Virus record (IMG/VR): IMGVR_UViG_3300044533_000426
Coordinates: 1 to 41,079 of that record
Reading direction: 5' to 3' (one strand)
DNA from: a virus
Taxonomy: Duplodnaviria; Caudoviricetes
DNA length: 41,079 bases
Shown in pieces: positions 18,001 to 27,661 of the stretch; position 1 is the stretch's first letter; the number at the start of each line of letters is the position of its first letter. Below the pieces are notes generated by a model that saw only the letters and a program-made list of their open reading frames with translations, was not told the origin of the DNA and did not search any database. Made by a program: the position numbers and the translations under genes.

Positions 18001-21000
18001 CATCGTATGCATCATATTGCCCACCACTAAATCCAGTTGGTCTATGTCTAAGTTGTACATTACCCCTTGATGCTTTTATTGTGTTACCTGTATTATTAAG
18101 TTCTATTTCACCAGATACTTTATATACTATTGCAGAATTTTCATTTTGCATATAAACATTATATGGAGCCGGTGGTGTAAATTGTACTGCTAAAGATTGC
18201 GTTATGAATTGAGTTTGTCTATTTCTTTCAAAATCTACTTTGTAAATAATTTCAGCAGATTGTGAAACTGCCCACTTTCTCCAATCAGATAGATTTGGAG
18301 CTGCTGCAGGTGTTGTTGTAAATCTATTTATACTTTGAGTTACCCAATTTGATTTTGAATGTATGGAGGCAGATGAATATCCCAAATTTCCAATCAATTC
18401 TCCTAAATAATCATAATCATCAGGGAATATTGGAGTAGGATATTGTGATGTAGTAACATTTTGTAATTGAGTTACTCCTTTAAATGTTGTTAATGTAATT
18501 GCTGTACCATTTAGGTTCTTATCCCAAAGGTCACCACTTATTGATGTATTTTCATTAGTACCAACAATTTTATATGCATCTGCCCCTGCTTTGATACCAG
18601 CTATTGTTAATTGACCCTCTGCTCTAATATCTGATGCTACCAAACTACCTATTGATGGTGCTTTACCATCGGTAACTTTTACTTTCCAAGTTTTATTTTC
18701 ACCAGGTCCAGCTGCATCCGATGCATCAATTGATATAAATGCTTCTTTTGAACCAGGGGATGTTTCTGGTATTGGTCCATCATAATAAGTTTCAGAACCA
18801 TCACTATTGATAAAGAAAAAGTAAAAATTAGGTCCAACTTGGTTAGGTTGGCCGGATGAACCAGTTACATTAAATGCGGTTGCTATTAATTCTATATTAC
18901 CATCAGGTGCTGTTTTGTATCCATCTCTATTAAAATTAACCGTATAGGTTGATGCTTTAAAATCAACAGAACGAGCATTTGGTACTGATACATTTTTTGT
19001 AAATGTTTGAGTACGAGTAAAAATAGATGATGTATATTCATGTCCACTTCCTAATGCAAATGGATATACTTGAATTGTATATAATGCACTTGCGGAAACA
19101 TAAGGATAATCAAATCTATTAAATGATGCAGTTGCTGATAATGTTCCCAAATTATTTGGCACAGTATTCAATGATGCAGTTCTTATATTCCATACAGAAC
19201 CACCTCTAGTTTCAATTGAATTTATTTTCCAAGTGCCAGGATTTTGAGATGATGTATATATTAAAAAATCGTCACCTTCTTTTACTTGTAAAGTTGTATT
19301 AGCAGGAGAATATCCAATTGGAGTTACAAATCCAACTTCATCGGCTGCCAATGTTACATTTTGTGGAGATATTAATATTTGAATTGGTGGAGGTCCTTCT
19401 AATACTTTTGTATATGGTTGAACTACACTTGCCGTATAAACCGATGATGTATAATATGGACGTATTTCTAATGGATATGTAATACTACCACTTAAATTAA
19501 TAAATCCAGAAGATGCACTAATAATTAACGATTCGGTATATGCATTATCAAAATAAACTAAACCACCGGTTACATTTGATGCAGTTATTGAAGATTGTGC
19601 TATATGGAATGTACCAGGTTTTCTACTACCGGTAAATGCCAAATATCTACTACCTTGCTTTAATTTAATATCGGTAATAGATGGTTTAAAATCATTAACA
19701 ACACCTCTTGAATTTGCAGCCAATGTTACCGCCGCTGGATTTACTTCAAACACAATACTCTCATCACCAGGCTTACCTTCCGGTACTATTGTAAATAATT
19801 TATCAACAGATACGGATGCCGATGTCCAAGGTTCGGTATAAATAAAGTTTACTAACAATTGTTTAGATTGTTGTGCTGCGAATCCTAATGGGTATGTTGC
19901 CGCATTTGCTCTGGATGGTATTACTAATCCGATTTCATCATACGCAATAACACTAATATCAGGATTAGAACTATGAGTTATATAATTTACCCAATACTCA
20001 GGAACAAAATCCTGATTAATTGACATAGATGGATAAACTTCAATTGAACAACTTATTGGTTCATCAAATCTACCTCTACGATAGAATGATGCGGTTGCCG
20101 ATGAGAATGTAGGCGTGAATTTTGTTTCTAATCTTGGATTAATTGTAAATGTATCCGCATCATATAGAACAACACCAGCATCCAAACCATCCTGTAAATC
20201 GGTAAGAGTTAATACTGTCAAAACTGATGCCGATGGTACTGGAGAACCAGAAGGTATTAAATACAATGTCAATTGCCCTTCAATAGAATCTCTATTAAAG
20301 ATTGCATTATAGTTTAATTCACCAGAACCAGTTGTACCGGGCTGCAATCCCTTTATAAATCCACTTGCACTTGCATCATTAAGTGTAAGATACTTTGAGC
20401 CGGATTGTACGTGAATTTGAGGTGCTGACCTTCCAGCGGGCAACCCAGCTCTAAGTTTAATTTCGTTTACACCATCAATACGGATTGCCTGAACTTCCAG
20501 TGAACCAGATGGGTCGGAGTTTCTTATAAATTGCCCATTATAAGGTCTTAATTCATAATTAACACCACCTTTACCATCAATTACCCTTGTTATTATAATA
20601 GAATCTTCAACACCCTCACATTCGGCAGTGTATTCTATATATTGTACAACAACTTCTTCTAAGCCGGGATCTCTAGAACCTGTAAAGTTTTGTACTGTCA
20701 ATCTGACTGTATCCTTATCAATATCCAATAACCTTCCGGGAAATTGCCAATGGTTAAATGGTGGTGATACTAATGAACTACTTAATGGAGTTGTAGCCCA
20801 ATATGAAGTATTATACATTGATGATGATAATTCCGTATTAAAAAAATCAAATGAGCGAGATGTAAATGTAACAGACCCAGTTAAGAAGTTTTTTACAACA
20901 TCTATAAAAATTGTAGTTGGATTTACAGGATTTCCATTACCAGAACCGGAATCGAATTGAAAATACAATGATGATGGTATTAATTCTAAACTTTTATTAA

Positions 21001-22654
21001 TACGATTTAAATTACCACCATCAAATGTTTTTGTTTCTGTTACAATTATTGGTATGTAGTTATTATTAATATCATAAAATTGAAATAGGAACTCAAATGT
21101 TTCTTTTGGTAAAGTTCTTGGTATTGGCTGTACAAATGATATTTCGTTTGGAGAAAATGAACTTTCTTGAGAAGCTCGTAAACTAATATCCGATACATGC
21201 CATCCAACTCCCCTTACTTCTATATAAAGTTTTGCGTTATTAAATTGTTCTGATTTAAAATTTGCAGTAATGTTTGATTTTTGTAAAACGCTATTATCGG
21301 ATGTTACACTTAATATTTCTTGAGATACTCCAGTTGTTATATTATTATTTGTTCTAGACCCACTTATAAAAAACTTAATGTAATTATCTACTGATATATT
21401 TTGTAAAAGCCTTACATTAAAATCCAATGTATATTCCGAATTTTCAGTTAAATCAATTGATTTTGATGTAAAAAAGTAATCAGTTTTAGTAGACCCAATT
21501 GGAGATGATATATCTAATTTAACAGAGTTATATAAAAATGTTTGATTGAATTGAGTTATTAAATCATTCGATGAGGTTACCCAATAATTTTTAAAATTAA
21601 ATTGGTCAAATATACCATAAAATTCTTCATTTTTTGTTTTTGATTCCAAATCCTTTAGTAATTCATTGGATTCTAATTGTATTTCTTGAATAAATTGATA
21701 ATCCGCTAAATCCGATTGAGACCTTCTATAAATTTTTACTCTAGCCACATCACCAACAAAAGTTTCTAAATCGGAAATTGTAATTTTTCCAAAAGAACCA
21801 GTTAGAGCTGTTGCTAAATTATCAACTCCCTCTACATAATTGAAAGATGCCGTATATCTTTGATTTGAAAAATCTTGCACAACCCCATTTATTGTATATG
21901 GTGTTGTTACAGTTAAATCAGTCTTACTTATTACATCATCTACAATAGAAGAAAATCCTAAATCAGTAAATTCAATATTAGTACCAACAACCGAACCTGT
22001 CCAAGCACCACCATCATTTATTTGAATTAAATAATTTGTTGGTAATGAAAATTGAGAAAGTTTTTCTCCCTGTGCTGGTACTTGTGCAAATCCATCAACA
22101 AACCCCTTTTGTATAATAGGAGTAACTACATTTGAAAATATTGGTTTTACTATTTCATTAATAGTAACTTCAGGTCTTCTATAAAATCTTACTTTGTCTT
22201 CGTTTGCTAGTAATTTATTTATTTGAAAATCACGTTCCCACTTAACATTATAAACATCTCTCCATTGTTCTGGAATATCTTGTACTATTCCATTATCATC
22301 TACAAATGTTTTTAATTCACCCAATATAGTAATTTTTGCACTACCAATTGGAGTATCTTCATAAACATAAACTGCTATCAATTTTGATATACCTTCATAG
22401 TATTCAGGTACACCATTACCAGGTTCGTAATATACAGGATTACCAGCAACATCTAAAATTTGTATTTTAATTTCAGTTGTTTCTTTTAAGTGCTCGGACC
22501 CTTCAATAAGAAAACCATTCTTACCACCACTAAATGTATCTTTAAATTCAGTTACCCTAAAATACCTAGAATTGGGTGAATCATCGTTTATATACGTTTG
22601 AAATGTAGTTAGGTTTGTGGTTAAAGTTTCTGGAAATTTCTTTATTACTGCCAT
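15065..22654 (-). CDS. Giant tail fibre / receptor-binding protein (2529 aa) with C-terminal intramolecular chaperone (peptidase S74-like)
   Basis: Beta-rich, Ser/Thr/Gly-rich. The C-terminal STIRIKK (SDxRxK-like), IKPVLF, GFIAE, VSYDRLVVPL and terminal coiled coil are characteristic of S74 domains. Confidence 0.85.
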   Translation of the reverse strand: MAVIKKFPETLTTNLTTFQTYINDDSPNSRYFRVTEFKDTFSGGKNGFLIEGSEHLKETTEIKIQILDVAGNPVYYEPGNGVPEYYEGISKLIAVYVYEDTPIGSAKITILGELKTFVDDNGIVQDIPEQWRDVYNVKWERDFQINKLLANEDKVRFYRRPEVTINEIVKPIFSNVVTPIIQKGFVDGFAQVPAQGEKLSQFSLPTNYLIQINDGGAWTGSVVGTNIEFTDLGFSSIVDDVISKTDLTVTTPYTINGVVQDFSNQRYTASFNYVEGVDNLATALTGSFGKITISDLETFVGDVARVKIYRRSQSDLADYQFIQEIQLESNELLKDLESKTKNEEFYGIFDQFNFKNYWVTSSNDLITQFNQTFLYNSVKLDISSPIGSTKTDYFFTSKSIDLTENSEYTLDFNVRLLQNISVDNYIKFFISGSRTNNNITTGVSQEILSVTSDNSVLQKSNITANFKSEQFNNAKLYIEVRGVGWHVSDISLRASQESSFSPNEISFVQPIPRTLPKETFEFLFQFYDINNNYIPIIVTETKTFDGGNLNRINKSLELIPSSLYFQFDSGSGNGNPVNPTTIFIDVVKNFLTGSVTFTSRSFDFFNTELSSSMYNTSYWATTPLSSSLVSPPFNHWQFPGRLLDIDKDTVRLTVQNFTGSRDPGLEEVVVQYIEYTAECEGVEDSIIITRVIDGKGGVNYELRPYNGQFIRNSDPSGSLEVQAIRIDGVNEIKLRAGLPAGRSAPQIHVQSGSKYLTLNDASASGFIKGLQPGTTGSGELNYNAIFNRDSIEGQLTLYLIPSGSPVPSASVLTVLTLTDLQDGLDAGVVLYDADTFTINPRLETKFTPTFSSATASFYRRGRFDEPISCSIEVYPSMSINQDFVPEYWVNYITHSSNPDISVIAYDEIGLVIPSRANAATYPLGFAAQQSKQLLVNFIYTEPWTSASVSVDKLFTIVPEGKPGDESIVFEVNPAAVTLAANSRGVVNDFKPSITDIKLKQGSRYLAFTGSRKPGTFHIAQSSITASNVTGGLVYFDNAYTESLIISASSGFINLSGSITYPLEIRPYYTSSVYTASVVQPYTKVLEGPPPIQILISPQNVTLAADEVGFVTPIGYSPANTTLQVKEGDDFLIYTSSQNPGTWKINSIETRGGSVWNIRTASLNTVPNNLGTLSATASFNRFDYPYVSASALYTIQVYPFALGSGHEYTSSIFTRTQTFTKNVSVPNARSVDFKASTYTVNFNRDGYKTAPDGNIELIATAFNVTGSSGQPNQVGPNFYFFFINSDGSETYYDGPIPETSPGSKEAFISIDASDAAGPGENKTWKVKVTDGKAPSIGSLVASDIRAEGQLTIAGIKAGADAYKIVGTNENTSISGDLWDKNLNGTAITLTTFKGVTQLQNVTTSQYPTPIFPDDYDYLGELIGNLGYSSASIHSKSNWVTQSINRFTTTPAAAPNLSDWRKWAVSQSAEIIYKVDFERNRQTQFITQSLAVQFTPPAPYNVYMQNENSAIVYKVSGEIELNNTGNTIKASRGNVQLRHRPTGFSGGQYDAYDEFGYKEQYVVSILSYSSHLGLQPPYNTPNAILGGNQATASMPPIISWSDPENNLTGEIVYQIDCEYVSGSISRPGTTLFKTQSFSVQFEGAVGPGIVMRGEWSNQTDYIGQVENTNNRRDAVIYNAVPGTTNYYAAVSGSGPTTYVNPTTSTFYVGASPPAGFNLIGAKQPDTQPDFWEFLGVEEFFVAAKIAIFEESYVKNTINVGTKNGTGAFANIVIAGGRTDPYIAIGQNATIGTSGGAGTTLNPGGTVIGYERPGIFLGIYEQPSGLGGTTGRFSIVNGAGNRFLKWDGSGLQIAGDITVTGGNAATQNGVSGSVSSGSAAAQANAIATAGTNAQTALTVFSGSLGAMAAIDAINAGNDALTYIGPGAIVTSRVATNLITSTNFGYPGTGNFSTSGTFIDLASSTIRTQGFAVDASGNAFFRGDISAATGNFAGNVIVGGFIRSSGATGLNTGGAGFYLTQDGEFRFGNTPSSGQPSISWDNNVLQIRGKIVTDESQISEIGNWRVTLDGNFEDTTEAIVLNANQKALQIFDAGVKKVEIRQANISDPAGSFSNVTFTIPDTYDFSQAPSFNTVYTAPGNFYSDNTVFDTSGFSVTTAGTYSATPLDWGFGDNIYAIASNNFSGYFTIFVSAQIWTTDDFSGTLIDSFTLALSPNDISGPFDEINVQFSDGYTKSITFPTAATYYVHTTTHTYGYGSVGDVTVTGNLQPAAESFSAQLNQTEIGGDGILVVADSTNYVKIQRTISDPMVDIKTSNSGPGLRITNTNASGKSIQVLDGDILLSGTGNNLMVNGGFIGTENVAAGIRMGTNGTESVLIGANFPAQGSPSRTARLRPGTPKFGISTGRELISDSSTIRIKKDIEDYPNSAYESIRRIKPVLFTPLASVDSDVEEDYSQNYPLMENPKEYVGKQGGFIAEWLDMDPELRRFCNYGISGSASVLESVSYDRLVVPLTKTVQILMDKVEALEAYISGSL

Positions 22655-22675
22655 AGTTTGCTTATATTATTCTAT

Positions 22676-22684
22676 GATAAATAT
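22676..22684 (-). promoter_or_regulatory. Putative phage late-promoter motif ATATTTATC
   Basis: Upstream of the tail fibre start at 22654. Confidence 0.6.
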
Positions 22685-22710
22685 TTACTTAAATTTTTTA
22701 TGTTTATAAT

Positions 22711-22740
22711 TATATTAGAATTCTAAAGAAAACTAAAGAA
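22711..22740 (+). repeat. Three 10-bp-periodic direct repeats ending in AGAA (tatattagaa / ttctaaagaa / aactaaagaa); candidate operator
   Basis: Exact CTAAAGAA at 22723-22730 and 22733-22740, directly upstream of the ribbon-helix-helix ORF. Confidence 0.55.
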
Positions 22741-22745
22741 ACGTT

Positions 22746-22919
22746 ATGAAAAAGTACGCAATGATACAAATTGATGCAGATGTACATCAACTATTAAAGG
22801 AATTTTGTAAAGAAAGGGGATATAAAATAAGCGGATTAATAGAAACCCTAGTAAAAGAAAAAGTGGAGTCCTCAAAGAAGACCCCACTTAAAAATGTATT
22901 ACCGGTTACTAAAAGTTAA
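22746..22919 (+). CDS. Ribbon-helix-helix (CopG/Arc-like) DNA-binding protein, 57 aa (not in the ORF track)
   Basis: Manual translation MKKYAMIQIDADVHQLLKEFCKERGYKISGLIETLVKEKVESSKKTPLKNVLPVTKS* shows an alternating beta-strand, helix A, a G-x-x-x-S turn and helix B. It fills the 22655-22908 gap. Confidence 0.78.
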   Translation: MKKYAMIQIDADVHQLLKEFCKERGYKISGLIETLVKEKVESSKKTPLKNVLPVTKS

Positions 22920-25900
22920 TCTTAGAGAACCCATCTACTTTCTTAATTTCGATAAGTCCATCTACAATATCTCTCATTTGCTCCAAGTGAGAAATTACCC
23001 AAATAAAATCAAATTGAGTTTTAAGATACTGCATCATCATAAACAATGAAGATAGGTTATCTGCATCTAATGTACCAAATCCTTCGTCAATTACTAAGAA
23101 GTTTGGTCTAGGCAGGTTGCAAATGTTAATTAGAGCCACTCTAATCGCTAATCCCGATATGAACTTCTCCATACCACTACACATCTCTAAAGCCCATTCC
23201 TGGTCCTCATAAACGATTCTAGCGTTAATGTTCTTTCCATCCGTATCCATAGAGATTGAGAAGTCTACCACTTGTCCCAATATATTGTTCACTTCGTTTT
23301 CAATTGCTGGAAGTGCTTTGGATATTAATTCGTATGGTACACCATCTTTTTTAACGGCATCTAAGTAGAATGTATATAATTGGTTTTTAGTTTCCAATTC
23401 CTTAACTTCTTCCATCTTAGCTATCATATTATCAATGTAGGTTTTTGTTGCACCCACCTCTGACATCAATTTCAGCATAAGTTTGTTCACATCAGATATT
23501 TGTTTTTCTACACCTTGCTTCAATCTACGAACATTTTGTATTTGAATATCCAATGCTTGATTCTTTGTAATTGTTTCTACATTATCATTGTATCGTTGAA
23601 TATCAGCGTTTACATTTTCTTTTTGAGTTTGTAATAATTCAATTTTAGAATCTGCAGTTCTAATATCCCCATCCAATCGTTCTGTAACATTAATTAATCT
23701 TTTGTATTCATCGGTATATTCTTTCCATTGTTTGAATTGTTCTTCTACACCTTCCCAAGAATCTAAAGTTTGTTGAATACCCGTACATTGTATAGTTGCA
23801 TTTTTAACAAACCCTTCTAATTCAGGCAATGCTTCTTTTGCTCTCATTGCATCTTTAACAAATTCATTATCGCAACAAAACTTACAATTTGGGTCATATT
23901 CATGCTTATCTAAATGATTAATCTTTTCTTTGGCAGAATCTAATTGTGACTTTACTATTGAATAAGTTTTTTCTGCTTCAATTAAAGCTTTTTGTTCTCT
24001 TTGGTAATTTGAATGTACAACTTCTATACCAATTCCGTTTATGGTAACTTTAGAATCAACCATTTCCTTAGCTTCTCTAACTAATTCTTTTGCTTCCGTA
24101 AGTTTTTGGGTTTTATCAAACTTAGTATCACCCCAAGTAGTTAATTCACCATCAATCTTTTTAAGTTTACGATTTAGTTCATCAATATCTAAATTACCTT
24201 GAATTGGAATGATTTGTTGAGATAGAGTTACAATTTGTTCGTCTAAATCAGCTTTACGAGTTTCTAATTCTAACTTCTCCGCATCCAATTCGCCATATTC
24301 AACTTTCTTTTCGTTCAAGTCGGTTTCTTTTTGGGCTAATTCAGACGTGAAGTCGGTCTTCCTAAAATTTCTGATAAGTGCGTTCACATCCTTAATATCA
24401 TTAGTAGCAGTTTCATACAGCTTATCAAACATGTCCAATCCCATAAATTGAGCAAGGAGGTCTTTCCTTTCCGATTGTGATTTATCAATGAACAGTGCAT
24501 TGTTTCCTTGCAAACTCAATGCTGTCATTACGAAATCCTCATACCTTCCTACATAGGTTTCAATTACTTGATTGGTATCCCTACGTTCCGTTCCGTTAAG
24601 TGATTCCCTTCCACTATCACCATCTCTCCAAAACTCCACATCTACTTTTACGTTTCTTCCCTTATTAATAGTTTTACCTTCTCTACGGATATGATACATT
24701 ACCCCATCAATAGTGAAATCCAATTGGCAATGGAAGTCCTGCTTCCTATTATTCATAACCGAAGCCGCTTTGTATGCTCTACTACACTTATCAAATAAAC
24801 AAAATGAGATTGAATCGAATAGAGATGATTTACCTTGTGCATTTGGTGCGAATAATCCCATCAATCCGTTTACTTTGTCAAACTTAATAACATTATTCTC
24901 TCCATAGCTGAACATATTAGAGAAGTCAAACCTTACAGGCTTCCAGCTTATGTTTCTTTGTAGTTCTGATGGTTGTACTCTACTATTAATGTCACGATTG
25001 ATTTTCTCTATCCCAGCTAAGTCCTCTTTCGTTACGAATGGCATCATACGTTCCACATACTCCCCTATTAAAGAGTTTTGATGGTTTATATCACTCACAC
25101 TATCTACTTCCAACCTTGCTTCTCTATCGTTGGTTTTCTTCTTATTGAATGTATCCGTTCTAATGATTGTAAAGTCCTCAACACCATACTTTGCCGTAAT
25201 ATCAGCCATCATTCTCTTTGTATCTGCGGTATCCGTATTAGTTACCCTTACTCTTAAACGAGGGTATAACGGCATATCAGTTACATCCGGCACAATACCA
25301 CCATCAACATCTAAAGTGTAGTAACCATAATCGTTTTTGATATCAATTTCTTCATAAGTCATTGTATCCAAATCCCAAGCTAAGAATCCGTGCTTGTCTA
25401 AGGTTTCACCGAAGTTTTGTTGTACCAAAGAACCAGCATATACCACCTTACATCCGCTTGGTGATATCATTTCTTGTCTTTTGTGGATATCACCCAATAA
25501 GGCTAAATCATATCCATCAAATATATCAGTTGTGAAGTGTCTACTACTAACTACATACCCTACATCGGTTGTAGAGTTATCAACAGGTCCATGAAACAAT
25601 GCAATCTTTTTGTTTCCAAATAGAGTGTTTGCTTTAGGCCAATTATCTTTGTTATCAAATATACTGAATACTGCAAAATCAACTCCGCCAATACCATAAA
25701 CTTGCGTATCTCTTAAATAAGTTAGGTTTGGTAGTTTCAATGCATCAACAATTGGAGTAAGTACATCCATTCTGTCCGAATTATTCATATTACAATCGTG
25801 GTTACCAGCGATTACAATTGTAGGACATAGTTTGTTACATTCCGTAAACAACCAACTAATCTCACTTACCAATTCAGGACTCATTTCTAATTTAGCATGA

Positions 25901-26055
25901 GCGATATCACCAGCTAAGTAGATAATAGAATCTTCCGTTCCTCTTTTTTGTATTTCATCAAACATAGCATAGAATACTTCTCTGAATTCTTTGTGTCTTT
26001 TGATGTTTCGGATGTGTATATCCGCAATGTGATAAATTCTTTTTAATTTACTCAT
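22909..26055 (-). CDS. Fused Mre11/SbcD (gp47-like) nuclease and Rad50/SbcC (gp46-like) ABC ATPase
   Basis: Phosphoesterase motifs ADIH, GD, GNHD, FHG, GDIH and YAGS. Then Walker A APNAQGKSS, Q-loop, coiled coil with Zn hook CKFC, signature CSGMEK, Walker B/D-loop IDEGFGTLD and H-loop ISH. Confidence 0.93.
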   Translation of the reverse strand: MSKLKRIYHIADIHIRNIKRHKEFREVFYAMFDEIQKRGTEDSIIYLAGDIAHAKLEMSPELVSEISWLFTECNKLCPTIVIAGNHDCNMNNSDRMDVLTPIVDALKLPNLTYLRDTQVYGIGGVDFAVFSIFDNKDNWPKANTLFGNKKIALFHGPVDNSTTDVGYVVSSRHFTTDIFDGYDLALLGDIHKRQEMISPSGCKVVYAGSLVQQNFGETLDKHGFLAWDLDTMTYEEIDIKNDYGYYTLDVDGGIVPDVTDMPLYPRLRVRVTNTDTADTKRMMADITAKYGVEDFTIIRTDTFNKKKTNDREARLEVDSVSDINHQNSLIGEYVERMMPFVTKEDLAGIEKINRDINSRVQPSELQRNISWKPVRFDFSNMFSYGENNVIKFDKVNGLMGLFAPNAQGKSSLFDSISFCLFDKCSRAYKAASVMNNRKQDFHCQLDFTIDGVMYHIRREGKTINKGRNVKVDVEFWRDGDSGRESLNGTERRDTNQVIETYVGRYEDFVMTALSLQGNNALFIDKSQSERKDLLAQFMGLDMFDKLYETATNDIKDVNALIRNFRKTDFTSELAQKETDLNEKKVEYGELDAEKLELETRKADLDEQIVTLSQQIIPIQGNLDIDELNRKLKKIDGELTTWGDTKFDKTQKLTEAKELVREAKEMVDSKVTINGIGIEVVHSNYQREQKALIEAEKTYSIVKSQLDSAKEKINHLDKHEYDPNCKFCCDNEFVKDAMRAKEALPELEGFVKNATIQCTGIQQTLDSWEGVEEQFKQWKEYTDEYKRLINVTERLDGDIRTADSKIELLQTQKENVNADIQRYNDNVETITKNQALDIQIQNVRRLKQGVEKQISDVNKLMLKLMSEVGATKTYIDNMIAKMEEVKELETKNQLYTFYLDAVKKDGVPYELISKALPAIENEVNNILGQVVDFSISMDTDGKNINARIVYEDQEWALEMCSGMEKFISGLAIRVALINICNLPRPNFLVIDEGFGTLDADNLSSLFMMMQYLKTQFDFIWVISHLEQMRDIVDGLIEIKKVDGFSKINF

Positions 26056-26990
26056 ATATTATTTAGTTTCGAAAGTACTAAGTCATCCCATCCGGTTTCT
26101 TTAGCTTCTTTCAATAGTTCATTTACTTTTTTAAATCCCATTTCACCAGCATCCTTATCAGTTGGTATAATATTCCTAACTTTAATCCCATTCTTAATAA
26201 ACCATTCAGTATGTTTAGTTGAATCATCTACTGCATCGGAATCTAACATAATTGTTACTTCCTTAACACCATTCTCCATAATTTTGTTTTTCAATTTACT
26301 AAGTAAAAATTTACCTAGCAACGGAATTACATTTCTCTTTACTGAAAATGAATCAAACACTCCCTCAACTAATGTGATTGGTTCTTTCCAATTAATTTGA
26401 TTTTCAAATACAATCACATCCCTACTAATAGGTGGATTTTTATATTTGTATGGTTCATCTTCATAAAAAGAACGAGCTACAAAATAGTTTAATTCACCAC
26501 TATCATCATAGGATGGAATAATTACTCTGCCACCATATAATCCATCTTCACAATATCCAATATTGTGTTTTACAATATCTGCTTTAGAAATACCTCTCTT
26601 ACTTAGGTAATGTATAGCCTGATTATATGATGGATTAAATGAACCGGTTGGTTTGAAATATAATTGTTTGAATTCTTTCGGTAATTGTAACTTAGCTACA
26701 TATTCTTCCTTTGAATCATATTCAGGCTCATCACCATAAACATCTTTAACCTTATTCAGGTCTCTTATATCCACATTGAGTTTGCGGAGTAGTGAATAGA
26801 TACTTCTACCTTTAGAGTCACATACCCAACAATGCCATCTTTGTGTATCTAAATTGATTTGGAGTTTCTTTTTATGGTGATTACAAAATGGACAATGATG
26901 TGCCTGTTCATTCCCCTTTAAGGATGAACCCACACCAAGTGTAGAATCTAATATTGTGATTATTTGTAATTTATTCCTACCAGATAGCAT
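26052..26990 (-). CDS. DNA primase (DnaG/T4 gp61-like)
   Basis: N-terminal Zn finger CPFC...HCWVC, YL..RGI, RVIIP, KYKNP, and TOPRIM LVEGVFD and LDSD. ATGA overlap with the next gene. Confidence 0.88.
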   Translation of the reverse strand: MLSGRNKLQIITILDSTLGVGSSLKGNEQAHHCPFCNHHKKKLQINLDTQRWHCWVCDSKGRSIYSLLRKLNVDIRDLNKVKDVYGDEPEYDSKEEYVAKLQLPKEFKQLYFKPTGSFNPSYNQAIHYLSKRGISKADIVKHNIGYCEDGLYGGRVIIPSYDDSGELNYFVARSFYEDEPYKYKNPPISRDVIVFENQINWKEPITLVEGVFDSFSVKRNVIPLLGKFLLSKLKNKIMENGVKEVTIMLDSDAVDDSTKHTEWFIKNGIKVRNIIPTDKDAGEMGFKKVNELLKEAKETGWDDLVLSKLNNI

Positions 26991-27009
26991 AGTTTGGATA
27001 TTATTATCA

Positions 27010-27041
27010 CAAATATACGAAAATTATCTGATATAACCTAA
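27010..27041 (-). promoter_or_regulatory. Bacteroidota sigma-A-type promoter upstream of the primase and nuclease-ATPase genes
   Basis: -7 TATATTTG (27017-27010) lies in a 13-mer identical to the one at 14130-14142. A -33-like TTAG sits at 20-nt spacing (27041-27038). Confidence 0.65.
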
Positions 27042-27242
27042 TTAATGGTTGGAATTCTTTACCTCATAAAGAAAATCTGCTAAAAATTGTAATTTGTTAG
27101 CGATTTGTTCTCTTGGCATATTGTTTGCCACCATTGCTTTAAGGTCTACTAACGATGCAGCTGCAATTTGAAGTGCGTCATCTTTTGCGTTTAAATAAGC
27201 TTCGGAAATTCCGAACTTATGTGCGATTTGAGGTATTGTCAT
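27042..27242 (-). CDS. Small hypothetical protein (66 aa), N-terminus weakly HTH-like
   Basis: MTIPQIAHKFGISEAYL resembles an HTH. The ORF is tightly packed between its neighbours. Confidence 0.6.
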   Translation of the reverse strand: MTIPQIAHKFGISEAYLNAKDDALQIAAASLVDLKAMVANNMPREQIANKLQFLADFLYEVKNSNH

Positions 27243-27244
27243 AA

Positions 27245-27658
27245 CTATGGGTTTATAATATCCCTACGGAAGAATTTTCCCATAAGGTTTTCGTTTATTG
27301 CTTGTTCGTTGGCTAGTACATCGTAATGAAACTGCCATTTAATTTCGTAATATGATAAAGATTTTTTGGAAAAGCAAAACTGGATAATCTCTCTTTCAAA
27401 ATCACCAGCTCTACCTTCTTTTACTTCGGATTTAATCCATTCGTTTGATGAATAGTATTTCTCCCAATCGGAAGCACTTCTAACAACTCTCTTTCTAGTC
27501 TTGCCCTTAAGGGGCTTCAATCTTCGAACCTGATTTAGGGATTTCTTCCCTATATAAAATCTACCAGTTGGTATATGTATCATTTTATAGACAAACCCAA
27601 CTGCACCTTCCGGTGTGTTTTCCTCCGTAACTATATTTCCATTAAATTTCCAAGACAT
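27245..27658 (-). CDS. Stand-alone GIY-YIG-family nuclease-like protein
   Basis: GFVYKMIHIPTGRFYIGKK (GIY...YIG), with later conserved-type Glu (YYE) and Asn (INEN). It has no long C-terminal DNA-binding tail. Confidence 0.75.
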   Translation of the reverse strand: MSWKFNGNIVTEENTPEGAVGFVYKMIHIPTGRFYIGKKSLNQVRRLKPLKGKTRKRVVRSASDWEKYYSSNEWIKSEVKEGRAGDFEREIIQFCFSKKSLSYYEIKWQFHYDVLANEQAINENLMGKFFRRDIINP

Positions 27659-27661
27659 TGA

